Virus record (IMG/VR): IMGVR_UViG_3300032050_000181
Location: 1 to 53,537 of that record
Source of the DNA: a virus
Taxonomy: Duplodnaviria; Caudoviricetes
Length of the DNA stretch: 53,537 nucleotides
Strand: one strand, 5' to 3'
Part shown: piece by piece, positions 27,617-35,990 of the stretch
Numbering within the stretch: position 1 is the stretch's first letter
Layout of the letters: each line of letters opens with the position of its first letter
The notes under the pieces: model-generated
Databases searched by the model: none
Seen by the model: the letters and a program-made list of their open reading frames with translations, nothing else
What the model was told of the DNA's origin: nothing
Position numbers and translations under genes: made by a program

Positions 27617-28710
27617 TAGATGATTCTCCAGCCAGAACGATAAAGCATTTGCACTGCTCCGTTATCTATTTGCAAACTAAATCCATTTGCATCGTTATCT
27701 ATAGTACCGACGGCTAATATTGGATTATTTGAACAATTTCCCGATTCATCTTTAATTACAATCATTCTGCCATTGGTTGAAGCAGGAACTGTGATTGATA
27801 CGTTTCCTGCATAATTGACACCAATGTAATAATCGTTTGCATCAACGGTGTATGTTGAAGCGGTTACGAGAGTCGTATTAACTGTTGCAAAACCAGCCGC
27901 GCCTTGTACACCTTGATATCCTTGTTCACCCTGTGTTCCTTGATATCCCTGTTCGCCTTGTGGACCTTGAATCCCCTGTTCACCTTGGAAGCCTTGTTCA
28001 CCTTGATGACCTTGGAAACCTTGATAACCCTGTGCACCTTGAATACCTTGTGCGCCTTGCGTTCCTACTGCTCCCTGAACACCTTGTGCACCTTGAACGC
28101 CTTGACGCCCCTGCGCACCTTGTGCTCCACCGCCACCACCACCTGCGGCAAAAGTAAATTGTTTTCTTGCTTCGTTATATTGTACGAATAGACCATCAGC
28201 AGCATTTGCGCGATCTAAATCGTCGGCATCCCAAATCTTAACAATACCAGTACCACCACCACCCCAAGTGAGTGTGCCGATCTTTTGCATCATCTCAGAG
28301 AGAGTGCGTTTGATACCTTCAATTTCTTTTCGTTCAAGAGTTGAAATAATTTTTGGCGCTGCTGTGTTCAACGCCTTCATTGTTTGTTTAACTAATTCAC
28401 CTTGCGTTGGTTTAGTTATGTAATCAACTGTTGGAGGAACAACTTCTTTTGGAGGGACGGGAGGTGAAACACCACCACGATCAATATCAACTTCCGTAAT
28501 AATAACAGGTTGCTCAACAACCTTTTCAATTACAGGTTCTGGTTCAGGAATTGATTCTGTTATTGGCTCAGGTGGTGGTGCTTCTTCTTTAAAAAGAAGT
28601 TTAGCAAGTTTTTCTTCTTTTTCGATTGATTCGACAAGTGCTTGATCAACTGGTTGACCAAACATTCTCGCCATCTTGACGAGTAATTTTTTCTCTTCAA
28701 GTGTTTTCAT
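27616..28710 (-). CDS. collagen-like fibre protein
   Basis: 26 consecutive G-X-Y triplets, mostly G-X-Q; C-terminal YTV...DYYIGV...IKDESG fibre domain. Confidence 0.85.
   Translation of the reverse strand: MKTLEEKKLLVKMARMFGQPVDQALVESIEKEEKLAKLLFKEEAPPPEPITESIPEPEPVIEKVVEQPVIITEVDIDRGGVSPPVPPKEVVPPTVDYITKPTQGELVKQTMKALNTAAPKIISTLERKEIEGIKRTLSEMMQKIGTLTWGGGGTGIVKIWDADDLDRANAADGLFVQYNEARKQFTFAAGGGGGGAQGAQGRQGVQGAQGVQGAVGTQGAQGIQGAQGYQGFQGHQGEQGFQGEQGIQGPQGEQGYQGTQGEQGYQGVQGAAGFATVNTTLVTASTYTVDANDYYIGVNYAGNVSITVPASTNGRMIVIKDESGNCSNNPILAVGTIDNDANGFSLQIDNGAVQMLYRSGWRII
27895..28128 (-). repeat. collagen (G-X-Q)n coding repeat
   Basis: 9-bp periodic ccttg units on the + strand. Confidence 0.9.
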
Positions 28711-28725
28711 AATCTTTAACTTCTA

Positions 28726-29757
28726 TTAAAATGTGATGCTGCCAGAGGCATTAAAGACATAAACTCTAAAGCCGCCAGAAACCGTAACTGTTGGACTACC
28801 AGTAGTTGTTGCTGCAGGGTAACTATCAGCATATTTAATAATCACGACACCTGAACCGCCTGTACCACCTGGCTGAACTGAAACGCCAGGGCTAGTTACT
28901 GCGTTTGGTGTACCGAAGGCTCCACCACCGCCACCACCGCCACCAGTATTTACTGTTCCTGCTGTGCCTGCTGCTGTTGCTGGAGTTGAACCACCACCCG
29001 CACCACCACCGCCAGTACCACCAGGTCTCTGAGTAACAATTTGATTGTGTGGTGGATTTCTGCCGCCGCTACTACCGCCACCACCACCACCACGTGTTAC
29101 TGATGATCCAGAAATTGATGAGGCTACGCCATTACCACCTCTTCCTGCTGTACCACCACCATTGCCGCCAACAGTATTTTTTGATGCAGCTTCTCCGACT
29201 TCACTAGCACCACCACCGCCCCCAGAAAGACCACGAACTCCTGTCAAAGAACTGTATGGTCCAGGAGTATATGTGAATGTTGCTCCACCATTATTTCCTT
29301 GACTTGGCGAAGTTGATGGTGTGTTTCCTGCGCCACCTGTGCCCGCTACTGTTGTGGTTCCATAACCGCCACCACCACCAGATCCACCAGATCCACCCGC
29401 TGCACCAAGAGAGGCAACTGTTGCACCGTTACCGCCACCAGCAGAAGTGATTGTGTGAAATACTGAACCTGAACCACTTGTTCCTGCGGCAAAACCTGAG
29501 CCACCGCCACCGCCCCCACCAATCGTGATTGTGTATGTTGTGCCAGAACTTACTTCGAAGTTTGCACCTTCTCTATAACCACCAGCACCACCACCGCCAC
29601 CTGGACCAGCACCACCACCGCCGCCACCAATCACAAGATAATCAATGAAAACTGGACCAGCAGCAGCGCCACCTGCAATTTTTTTTCTAACAATGCGAAC
29701 GCTGGCGCCACCAGTAACTGAAATAGATCCGCTTGCAATTGTGGACAGTAAAGGCAT
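28726..29757 (-). CDS. glycine-rich virion/fibre-associated protein
   Basis: YLVIGGGGGG, NTGGGGGG, GGSGVVIIKY, VYVFNASGSITF. Confidence 0.8.
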   Translation of the reverse strand: MPLLSTIASGSISVTGGASVRIVRKKIAGGAAAGPVFIDYLVIGGGGGGAGPGGGGGAGGYREGANFEVSSGTTYTITIGGGGGGGSGFAAGTSGSGSVFHTITSAGGGNGATVASLGAAGGSGGSGGGGGYGTTTVAGTGGAGNTPSTSPSQGNNGGATFTYTPGPYSSLTGVRGLSGGGGGASEVGEAASKNTVGGNGGGTAGRGGNGVASSISGSSVTRGGGGGGSSGGRNPPHNQIVTQRPGGTGGGGAGGGSTPATAAGTAGTVNTGGGGGGGGAFGTPNAVTSPGVSVQPGGTGGSGVVIIKYADSYPAATTTGSPTVTVSGGFRVYVFNASGSITF

Positions 29758-29768
29758 TTTAATCTACC

Positions 29769-30323
29769 TTATACAAATTCAGTTTTTGAGCCAAGTACGG
29801 TATATGTGTTTGTTGCAGTTTTAATGATTGTAAATCCGTAAGCATCAAGAGCATTAGTGTTTGCTGTTGGTGTAGTATTTCCTGACCATTTTGGTGTGAT
29901 GCCTGTGCCATCAATTTGAACGTTTGCAATTACATATCCTGTTGCACCATTTTTAACGATTACAAGACTTGTGATTGATTGATTTGTTGAAACCAAAGAA
30001 TCAAGTGTAGTTGTACTATTACCTCTAAAATTTACTGTAGAGTTTGCCGTTGCATCGTTTGTTAGATAAGTCACAGCGCCATCTAATAAGTTAACAGTCA
30101 AATTTGCACTTAACGCTGTAGCGCTCACATTCACACGTTCTTTTGTTTGCTGCAATGTTGTTGTGGTTTCCATATTCAAACCACCTGCAGAAATGGTAAG
30201 TTGTCCAGTCATTGTATCGCCAGACTTAAGAACTCTATCAGTAGGCAATATGTTTGATGCTAACTGAGTATTTGTTATCGTATTTGCAACGATTGTTTTA
30301 CTTGCGTTTAATTTATCTGGCAT
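29769..30323 (-). CDS. putative fibre/structural protein
   Basis: VLKSGDTMTGQL fibre motif; Thr/Asn-rich beta domain with PKW and DAYGFTIIK. Confidence 0.7.
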   Translation of the reverse strand: MPDKLNASKTIVANTITNTQLASNILPTDRVLKSGDTMTGQLTISAGGLNMETTTTLQQTKERVNVSATALSANLTVNLLDGAVTYLTNDATANSTVNFRGNSTTTLDSLVSTNQSITSLVIVKNGATGYVIANVQIDGTGITPKWSGNTTPTANTNALDAYGFTIIKTATNTYTVLGSKTEFV

Positions 30324-30332
30324 TTTTCTCTC

Positions 30333-31505
30333 TTATGATATGAAACCTGGTTTATACACAGTTTTACCTTTTTCTGTTAACGCAGTAAGTTTTTGTTTTC
30401 TGTTTTGATTTTTTGATGAAACAGATGCGTGAACCCAACCAGAGTTTGGTCCTTCTTTCGGATCATAGAACTCAAGAATGATCTGATCGAATTCACAATT
30501 TTCAGCAACCCATTTCGCTAGGTCTGGGTTTGGGAGTCCGTCGATTTCGAAGTCGACCGCTTCTCCATTGCAATGCTGACTTTTGCTGCTACCACCAACA
30601 GCGGCATTAAGAGCAGCGCCCCGATACCCGCTATTAATACGAACAGGTTTACCGAAATGTTTACGAACTGGTTCAAGAATCTTTTCGCATACCATTTTAA
30701 GGTTGTTAGCGTGTTCTGCATTTGGTGTGTTATCAATCCTTTTTCGAATTGCAGTTTCACTTTTAGTAAACTCTTTCAAATTAAAATGTTCAGATAATTG
30801 CATTTCAGGATTTACTTTACCTGAGGATGCTACTGCAGATTTTGCAGCCGCTGGTGCTGCGGCAACTTTAGGTGCAGCAATTGCACCAGGTGCGCTCAAT
30901 TGCGCGAAGTACGTTTTCGTCTTATTCTTGCGATCTTCCAAGCCGTGTGTACCACCATTAACTTTCTTACTAATGGATAAAATCGTAGCATCAGTCACTC
31001 CTTGATCGCAAATTGTCCAAAGTTTATTTCTTTCAAAAAAGAACATCGCAGATTCAAATGCCAATTCCGTGGCAACGAGATCTGGATTTGTCATTACGTC
31101 TGGACGATTACAATACTTTGAGAAAGCCAGATAATTATCTTTACCTGTCAATTGTAATGCACCACGTCCACGATATTTCCAACCGTCACCTGACGCTTCT
31201 GGACCATTGCCCATACGACTCGCATAAACACGATTTGCAATTCTTTCTGGTTTGCGTTCGTATTGTAATGCAAGAGCATCGGTTGGGAAATATTTACCAA
31301 AAATCCCACGGAGACCTTTTGCTCCATAGTTTAAGTTTTCAGAGAATGCTTTGAATCCGCCAGTCTCATGAGCAGTTTGCCCAAAGAAGTGCGCTGCTCT
31401 TGCTGGAGATAATTTATAATAGGCAGCAGCAGCACGTAGAGTACCAGGACCCCACGCACCGTCTGCTGTTACGCCTATTTTTTGTTGAAGTGCTTTTAAA
31501 CTCAT
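30333..31505 (-). CDS. endolysin: PG-binding segment, GH19 glycosidase and M15A peptidase
   Basis: ADGAWGPGT; HETGGF, YRGRGALQLTGKDNY, VNGG; then SGYR, SQH..GEAVD, WVH. Confidence 0.9.
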   Translation of the reverse strand: MSLKALQQKIGVTADGAWGPGTLRAAAAYYKLSPARAAHFFGQTAHETGGFKAFSENLNYGAKGLRGIFGKYFPTDALALQYERKPERIANRVYASRMGNGPEASGDGWKYRGRGALQLTGKDNYLAFSKYCNRPDVMTNPDLVATELAFESAMFFFERNKLWTICDQGVTDATILSISKKVNGGTHGLEDRKNKTKTYFAQLSAPGAIAAPKVAAAPAAAKSAVASSGKVNPEMQLSEHFNLKEFTKSETAIRKRIDNTPNAEHANNLKMVCEKILEPVRKHFGKPVRINSGYRGAALNAAVGGSSKSQHCNGEAVDFEIDGLPNPDLAKWVAENCEFDQIILEFYDPKEGPNSGWVHASVSSKNQNRKQKLTALTEKGKTVYKPGFIS

Positions 31506-31513
31506 AAGTCACC

Positions 31514-31927
31514 TCAAGCGATTTCGTCTTCGTCTTCTTTTGCTGCATCTGCAACAACAGCACCAGCAGCAACACCGACAGCGCCTGCAACAACAAGTGG
31601 TGCAACTTCAGCAACTGGTTCTGGGATTAAATCATCTGGTGTTGGATCACCAAGAGTTGGCTCTGGTGGCTTTGGTGCTTCTGGTTTCTTGTCATCTTTA
31701 CCAAGCATAATACCTGATAGGATACCAGTCAAGAAAGTAGCAATTGGCGTAATCAACTCAAAGAACTTGGCGTCATTTGGCGATTGCTGCATTGGTTGAG
31801 TTACGAAGATAAGTGAGTAGAGAACTACAAACACAATTCCCGTAAGTGTAAAAGCAAGAGAAAGACCGACTGTAAATTTGAGTCGTGCCATCAATTCACT
31901 TTCTGTATAACGTGGTCCTTTAAACAT
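31514..31927 (-). CDS. two-TM membrane protein, holin candidate
   Basis: Two hydrophobic helices, directly upstream of the endolysin. Confidence 0.6.
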   Translation of the reverse strand: MFKGPRYTESELMARLKFTVGLSLAFTLTGIVFVVLYSLIFVTQPMQQSPNDAKFFELITPIATFLTGILSGIMLGKDDKKPEAPKPPEPTLGDPTPDDLIPEPVAEVAPLVVAGAVGVAAGAVVADAAKEDEDEIA

Positions 31928-31929
31928 AA

Positions 31930-32196
31930 TTATTCTCCTGTAGATTCATCTATATTAGTTTCTTCTGCAGTTTGTTCTACAACTGGTTCTGCAGGTACTT
32001 CTTCAACCTTCAATTCAATTACTTGTTTTGGCGGTAAACCGTTCAATGTGTCGTAGCAGAATCCATCTGCTTCACACGCTGGGCGATTGCATTCAGGATT
32101 ATCCTTATTTGCAGGATCCTGACAAGGATATCTATATGTATCTTCACACCCAACAAGGGTAAATGACAAAGCAAAAAGTATAAGAGTATTTCTCAT
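31930..32196 (-). CDS. Cys-rich lipoprotein
   Basis: MRNTLILFALSFTLVGC lipobox, YRYPCQDP...C...C...C; GAGG SD; start revised from 32313. Confidence 0.8.
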   Translation of the reverse strand: MRNTLILFALSFTLVGCEDTYRYPCQDPANKDNPECNRPACEADGFCYDTLNGLPPKQVIELKVEEVPAEPVVEQTAEETNIDESTGE

Positions 32197-32203
32197 TTTT
32201 GCC

Positions 32204-32359
32204 TCATAACTTTGGTGGTTTTCTGCGTAAAATCTTTTTACCGATTCTCTTTTTAAGTTGTAACGCATAAACGTCAGATGGGTTCGTAAGAGACGGAACG
32301 CCACCTGCTGCAATTGATACTGCTGGTGCCTCTTCTTTTACTTTAATTCTCTTAGACAT
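32204..32359 (-). CDS. 51-aa basic protein (not in ORF track)
   Basis: MSKRIKVKEEAPAVSIAAGGVPSLTNPSDVYALQLKKRIGKKILRRKPPKL; fills the gap. Confidence 0.7.
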   Translation of the reverse strand: MSKRIKVKEEAPAVSIAAGGVPSLTNPSDVYALQLKKRIGKKILRRKPPKL

Positions 32360-32739
32360 TTTACCGCTTCCTGATCCAGACCAACATTACTTGATCGTAT
32401 ATGTTTACCGCGAATACCATAAATCGTTTCTGGCATAAAATTTAAAAACACCAAAAACGGTTTGATAATTTCGTAGTCTTTTTCATCCAACTTATAAAAT
32501 AAAATTCTTGTAGCACCTTCCACGCCGAACACATTATAAATCACAGTAATATGATTTAATATGAGACGACCTTTAAACTCACCCGAATCACGGTACTTTG
32601 TGATTAATCTTTTGATATACTGTATTCTGTTTAAGTCTTCTTCAAACTCACTAATTATAGCATTTGGTTTGCTATAACATTTCATAGCATATAATAAAAA
32701 ATTATCGTCATTCAAATTTTCAAACATACGACTTACCAA
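32338..32739 (-). CDS. hypothetical protein of a family I associate with T4-like phages
   Basis: MFENLNDDNFLLYAMKCY...EFEEDL...RLILNH...NVFG; probable start at 32727. Confidence 0.8.
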   Translation of the reverse strand: MVSRMFENLNDDNFLLYAMKCYSKPNAIISEFEEDLNRIQYIKRLITKYRDSGEFKGRLILNHITVIYNVFGVEGATRILFYKLDEKDYEIIKPFLVFLNFMPETIYGIRGKHIRSSNVGLDQEAVKCLRELK

Positions 32740-33128
32740 CTTGTGTCGTCTGTTCTTCTCGTGCGCAATAAGAATGGAGAAATACCATAGTCAGTTGGAT
32801 TTTCATCTTCAGACTCAACTTCTTCAAGTTCATCATCATCTACGCCGAGTGCATCTAATTCGTCTTCATCGACGACGTTTGCATACACATCGTAACCTTG
32901 TGGGGTTAAGTCGTATGTGATATACAAGTAATGCCCAGTATAATCATTAGCACCATCTTTAAGTTCAAACAAGAACTCATCATCCCCCTTTAAATTTAAA
33001 GCAGGAAGGATGATTCCATGTTGACCTAAAGTCATTGCAATTGTATTGTGTGCAGTTGGTAGATCTAAAAATGGTTTTGCCAAAAATAGATCTAGATCTG
33101 CATTTAATTTATCAATCTCGTTTGTCAT
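32733..33128 (-). CDS. acidic hypothetical protein
   Basis: 131-aa ORF within the operon. Confidence 0.7.
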   Translation of the reverse strand: MTNEIDKLNADLDLFLAKPFLDLPTAHNTIAMTLGQHGIILPALNLKGDDEFLFELKDGANDYTGHYLYITYDLTPQGYDVYANVVDEDELDALGVDDDELEEVESEDENPTDYGISPFLLRTRRTDDTSW

Positions 33129-33134
33129 TTACAA

Positions 33135-34463
33135 TTACTTCTTTTTCTTACCAAGTGGGTGAAACACTACTGGATCAGCTGGTTTCTTTGTCATTGTCTT
33201 GCCAGGTGCGCCGAGTTTCTCACGAACCTTTTCGCGCAACTCTGCTTCGCCAAGTTTGACACCACGAGCATGTAATACATCTTTACGAGTAATCAAATGC
33301 TTTGGGTGAGCCTTTGCAGCCAATTGTTTTTCTTTTGGCGTTTTTGGTACTGTGCCAGCCTTCGCTTCGCTCATTTCGGCAAACTTCTTATCAACGTCGC
33401 TATACTGATCTTTTGCAACAACAGAAACTTCATGGGCTTCTTTGTCTGTGAGCGTTGGAACGCGATCCTTTACGAACTCTGGGCTGAGCATTTTTGGCTC
33501 GCCTGGTGGAATGAACTTCCATGGCTTACCGCTGACTGTTGTTCCAGAGAAGTAGCGAACTTCTTCGTCAACTTTAGTTGAACCTTTTTTACTTACTGCA
33601 GCAGTCACTTTCGGAGTCATATCAACTTTTGGTTGTAACCCAGAATGATCTAAACGGCGAACTTTACCTCTAATAGAAGAAAGATCTTTGTTTAAATTTT
33701 TTGTCGAAACTGCACCGAATGCTTTCTTCCAATCTTTTGCACCTTCTTCGACTTCTTCAACTTCTTCCTTCATGTCTTTCTTTTTCATTCTCATAAGATT
33801 ATCATGAAATGCTGAAGCCTTAACTGGATCAGTTTTTGCAAGTTTGTCAAAGATCTTTTTGTTGTTCTTGTCAACATCAGTCTCTGTACCCAAACGCCAC
33901 TCTGCTCGCCAGTGATATGGCTTGAGTTTCTTTTGGGTTTCATCGAGTTCGAGTTCTTCTTTCTTTATTGCTCGAACATAACTAGTGTCCATGTGTTTGG
34001 TTGGAGAAAAACCAATATCTTTATTGAATCCCTTGACGCCTGGTGCACCTGTGATTTTGCGACGCTCTTTTGCTGCTACAGCAAGACGATCTCTAAAATC
34101 TGATGCCGAGAACGACCCTGGTCGGACTCTGACATTTGATTTCCTAGGCAAACCCCTTTCAACATCAACAATACGAACTGCTTCGTCTGTTTGTTCGACT
34201 TCTTCGTCTAGATCTTCTTCGCCTTCCATATAGTTGGCGGCAGTAAGAACATAGTCTTCAGCAAGAGTAATCTTGCTCTGAACCCACTCAGGTAAGTTGG
34301 TGTCATCTTCTAGCATGTCATGCAATCTCTGAGCATTTGTAATAATGCTCTTCAATTGTGACTTTGCCATGTCACCTTCGTAGTCGTACTCGCGTTCGTC
34401 TTTTTCTTCAACGAAATGTGTTTTGACGAGTAGATTTAAAAATGTATCTTTATATGAACTCAT
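33135..34463 (-). CDS. putative capsid-internal polyprotein
   Basis: EYDYEGDMAKSQL module; linkers LDEEVEQTDE, KEELELDE, MKEEVEEVEE, VDEE between basic segments. Confidence 0.7.
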   Translation of the reverse strand: MSSYKDTFLNLLVKTHFVEEKDEREYDYEGDMAKSQLKSIITNAQRLHDMLEDDTNLPEWVQSKITLAEDYVLTAANYMEGEEDLDEEVEQTDEAVRIVDVERGLPRKSNVRVRPGSFSASDFRDRLAVAAKERRKITGAPGVKGFNKDIGFSPTKHMDTSYVRAIKKEELELDETQKKLKPYHWRAEWRLGTETDVDKNNKKIFDKLAKTDPVKASAFHDNLMRMKKKDMKEEVEEVEEGAKDWKKAFGAVSTKNLNKDLSSIRGKVRRLDHSGLQPKVDMTPKVTAAVSKKGSTKVDEEVRYFSGTTVSGKPWKFIPPGEPKMLSPEFVKDRVPTLTDKEAHEVSVVAKDQYSDVDKKFAEMSEAKAGTVPKTPKEKQLAAKAHPKHLITRKDVLHARGVKLGEAELREKVREKLGAPGKTMTKKPADPVVFHPLGKKKK

Positions 34464-34464
34464 T

Positions 34465-35400
34465 TTACTTACCTTTTCTTTTTACTAGTAGGTTTTTGAG
34501 AGCAGCACGAGCGAGGCTGCGTGCACGACGTTGTCCTGCTGGGCGCTTTCCTGCAGGTAATGTTGACTTTGCAACAACTGGACCACCAAGAACTTCTTGT
34601 GCTTTGAGGCGACTTGTTTCTTCGCGATCAGTAGCAATGTCTTTCATTCTACCTTCTTTGAGTTTTGCTTTTTTTGCCGCTGCAAGATAAAGACCATAAG
34701 AAGTGCCAGCTTGTCGCTTTTTTGCTCTGTCTTCTAGTTCTTGCGCTCTTCTTTCGGCATCAAACTTTTGCTGCGCTCTTTTGACATATGGCTTCATTGG
34801 TTCGTGCGATTCAGCAAATTGCTTTGAGTATTTTGATTGAAGATCTCTCTTTAGATCTGCAGCATGTCCTGCAGCCTGACTGCGGCTGTGTGCTGATGGC
34901 ATGCTTGCGTAAGCAGTTGCCGTTTCTCGGCTCTTTCCTTTACTTGCAACACCCTTGATCAATTGTCTCTTTAAATTTGCAATTCTCTTTTCTTTTGCAT
35001 CCATCTCTTCACCCAAACGATAACCCTTAATTGGCATACCTGCGCGTGCCATTGAAATTGGATTGTCGTGCTCGGCGCCAAGTGGTTCACCACCGAATGC
35101 TCTGCGAAGTTTAAATTCTTTATTGCGAGCATTACGCTTTTCTACGGCTCTCCTAATCAATTCAATGCGATCAACTTTCTTTGGCTCAGCAGCCTTTGCT
35201 TTTGCTTTGTTGATTACAGCGACATCTTTCTTGGCTTGAGCGGCGCTCTTTTGTTCGCCTTCATAACCACCGCTCTTTAAGAAAGCCTGAAACTTTGGAT
35301 TTTTCGCATGTACTTTCTTTAACTTGCTCTTGAGCGCTTCAGAACCAGAAGTAAAAACTTTGTGCCAAGCAGCATTTTCGTCTAAATTTTCGATTTCCAT
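34465..35400 (-). CDS. very basic putative capsid-internal protein
   Basis: K/R/A-rich segments separated by LDE, LGEE, FAE and LKE. Confidence 0.65.
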   Translation of the reverse strand: MEIENLDENAAWHKVFTSGSEALKSKLKKVHAKNPKFQAFLKSGGYEGEQKSAAQAKKDVAVINKAKAKAAEPKKVDRIELIRRAVEKRNARNKEFKLRRAFGGEPLGAEHDNPISMARAGMPIKGYRLGEEMDAKEKRIANLKRQLIKGVASKGKSRETATAYASMPSAHSRSQAAGHAADLKRDLQSKYSKQFAESHEPMKPYVKRAQQKFDAERRAQELEDRAKKRQAGTSYGLYLAAAKKAKLKEGRMKDIATDREETSRLKAQEVLGGPVVAKSTLPAGKRPAGQRRARSLARAALKNLLVKRKGK

Positions 35401-35421
35401 GCGATTATCCTCAGTAACTAA

Positions 35422-35955
35422 TTAAACGCCTTTGAGCGTTGTAGCAACTTTCCAATTTAACTTGGAAAATGCTTCGATGTTATTTTGCAAAAAATTTGAG
35501 AAACCAATTTCGCCAGCGGCTTCTGCTGCAGCGTATACGGTTTTCAATTCACGAACTAGTTTTGATAGTTCGTCGTTTAGATTTGCAAGCATCTGACGTG
35601 GCTCGAGCATTGCTGAAGTGTCTTCAACAACTGAAGATTTACGAGCAAGAGTTGCTGGTGAGAGCATTACATATCCGCCGAGAATACGAATGTGCTCAGC
35701 ATGATTATCTACTGTGCCGTAAAGACCTTCGTAAACTTCACCAAATAGTGCGTGGTATTGTGGGAAGTTTGCGCCGTCGATGTTTAGGTGATAGGTATGT
35801 GCCTTCAAATAAACGCCGAAAATGTCAACAAGAGCCTTGTCAGCCATGCTTACAAGACCTGCTTTTTGAACTTCAACGTCTTCTTTTAGTTTCGTAGCCA
35901 TAACAGCCTTCGCTGCGCCAGCCACTGAAAGTAATGATTTATCCTTAATGAACAT
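35422..35955 (-). CDS. dps: Dps/ferritin-like protein
   Basis: HTYHLNIDGANFPQYHALFGEVY...DNHAEHIRILG...W matches the Dps ferroxidase pattern. Confidence 0.85.
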   Translation of the reverse strand: MFIKDKSLLSVAGAAKAVMATKLKEDVEVQKAGLVSMADKALVDIFGVYLKAHTYHLNIDGANFPQYHALFGEVYEGLYGTVDNHAEHIRILGGYVMLSPATLARKSSVVEDTSAMLEPRQMLANLNDELSKLVRELKTVYAAAEAAGEIGFSNFLQNNIEAFSKLNWKVATTLKGV

Positions 35956-35983
35956 TATAGTTTACTCCTGGTTAGGTACGTTA

Positions 35984-35990
35984 TATTTAT
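35984..35990 (-). promoter_or_regulatory. T4-type late promoter (ATAAATA)
   Basis: Overlaps the upstream stop codon; precedes the AGGAG SD of dps. Confidence 0.5.

Noticed and set aside
27885-29302. Plus-strand Pro-rich and Leu/His/Thr-periodic ORFs
   Set aside because: They are antisense shadows of the collagen and glycine-rich genes
32197-32313. 5' extension of the lipoprotein ORF in the ORF track
   Set aside because: A better start with SD and signal peptide lies at 32196, and the region is occupied by a separate 51-aa ORF in another frame
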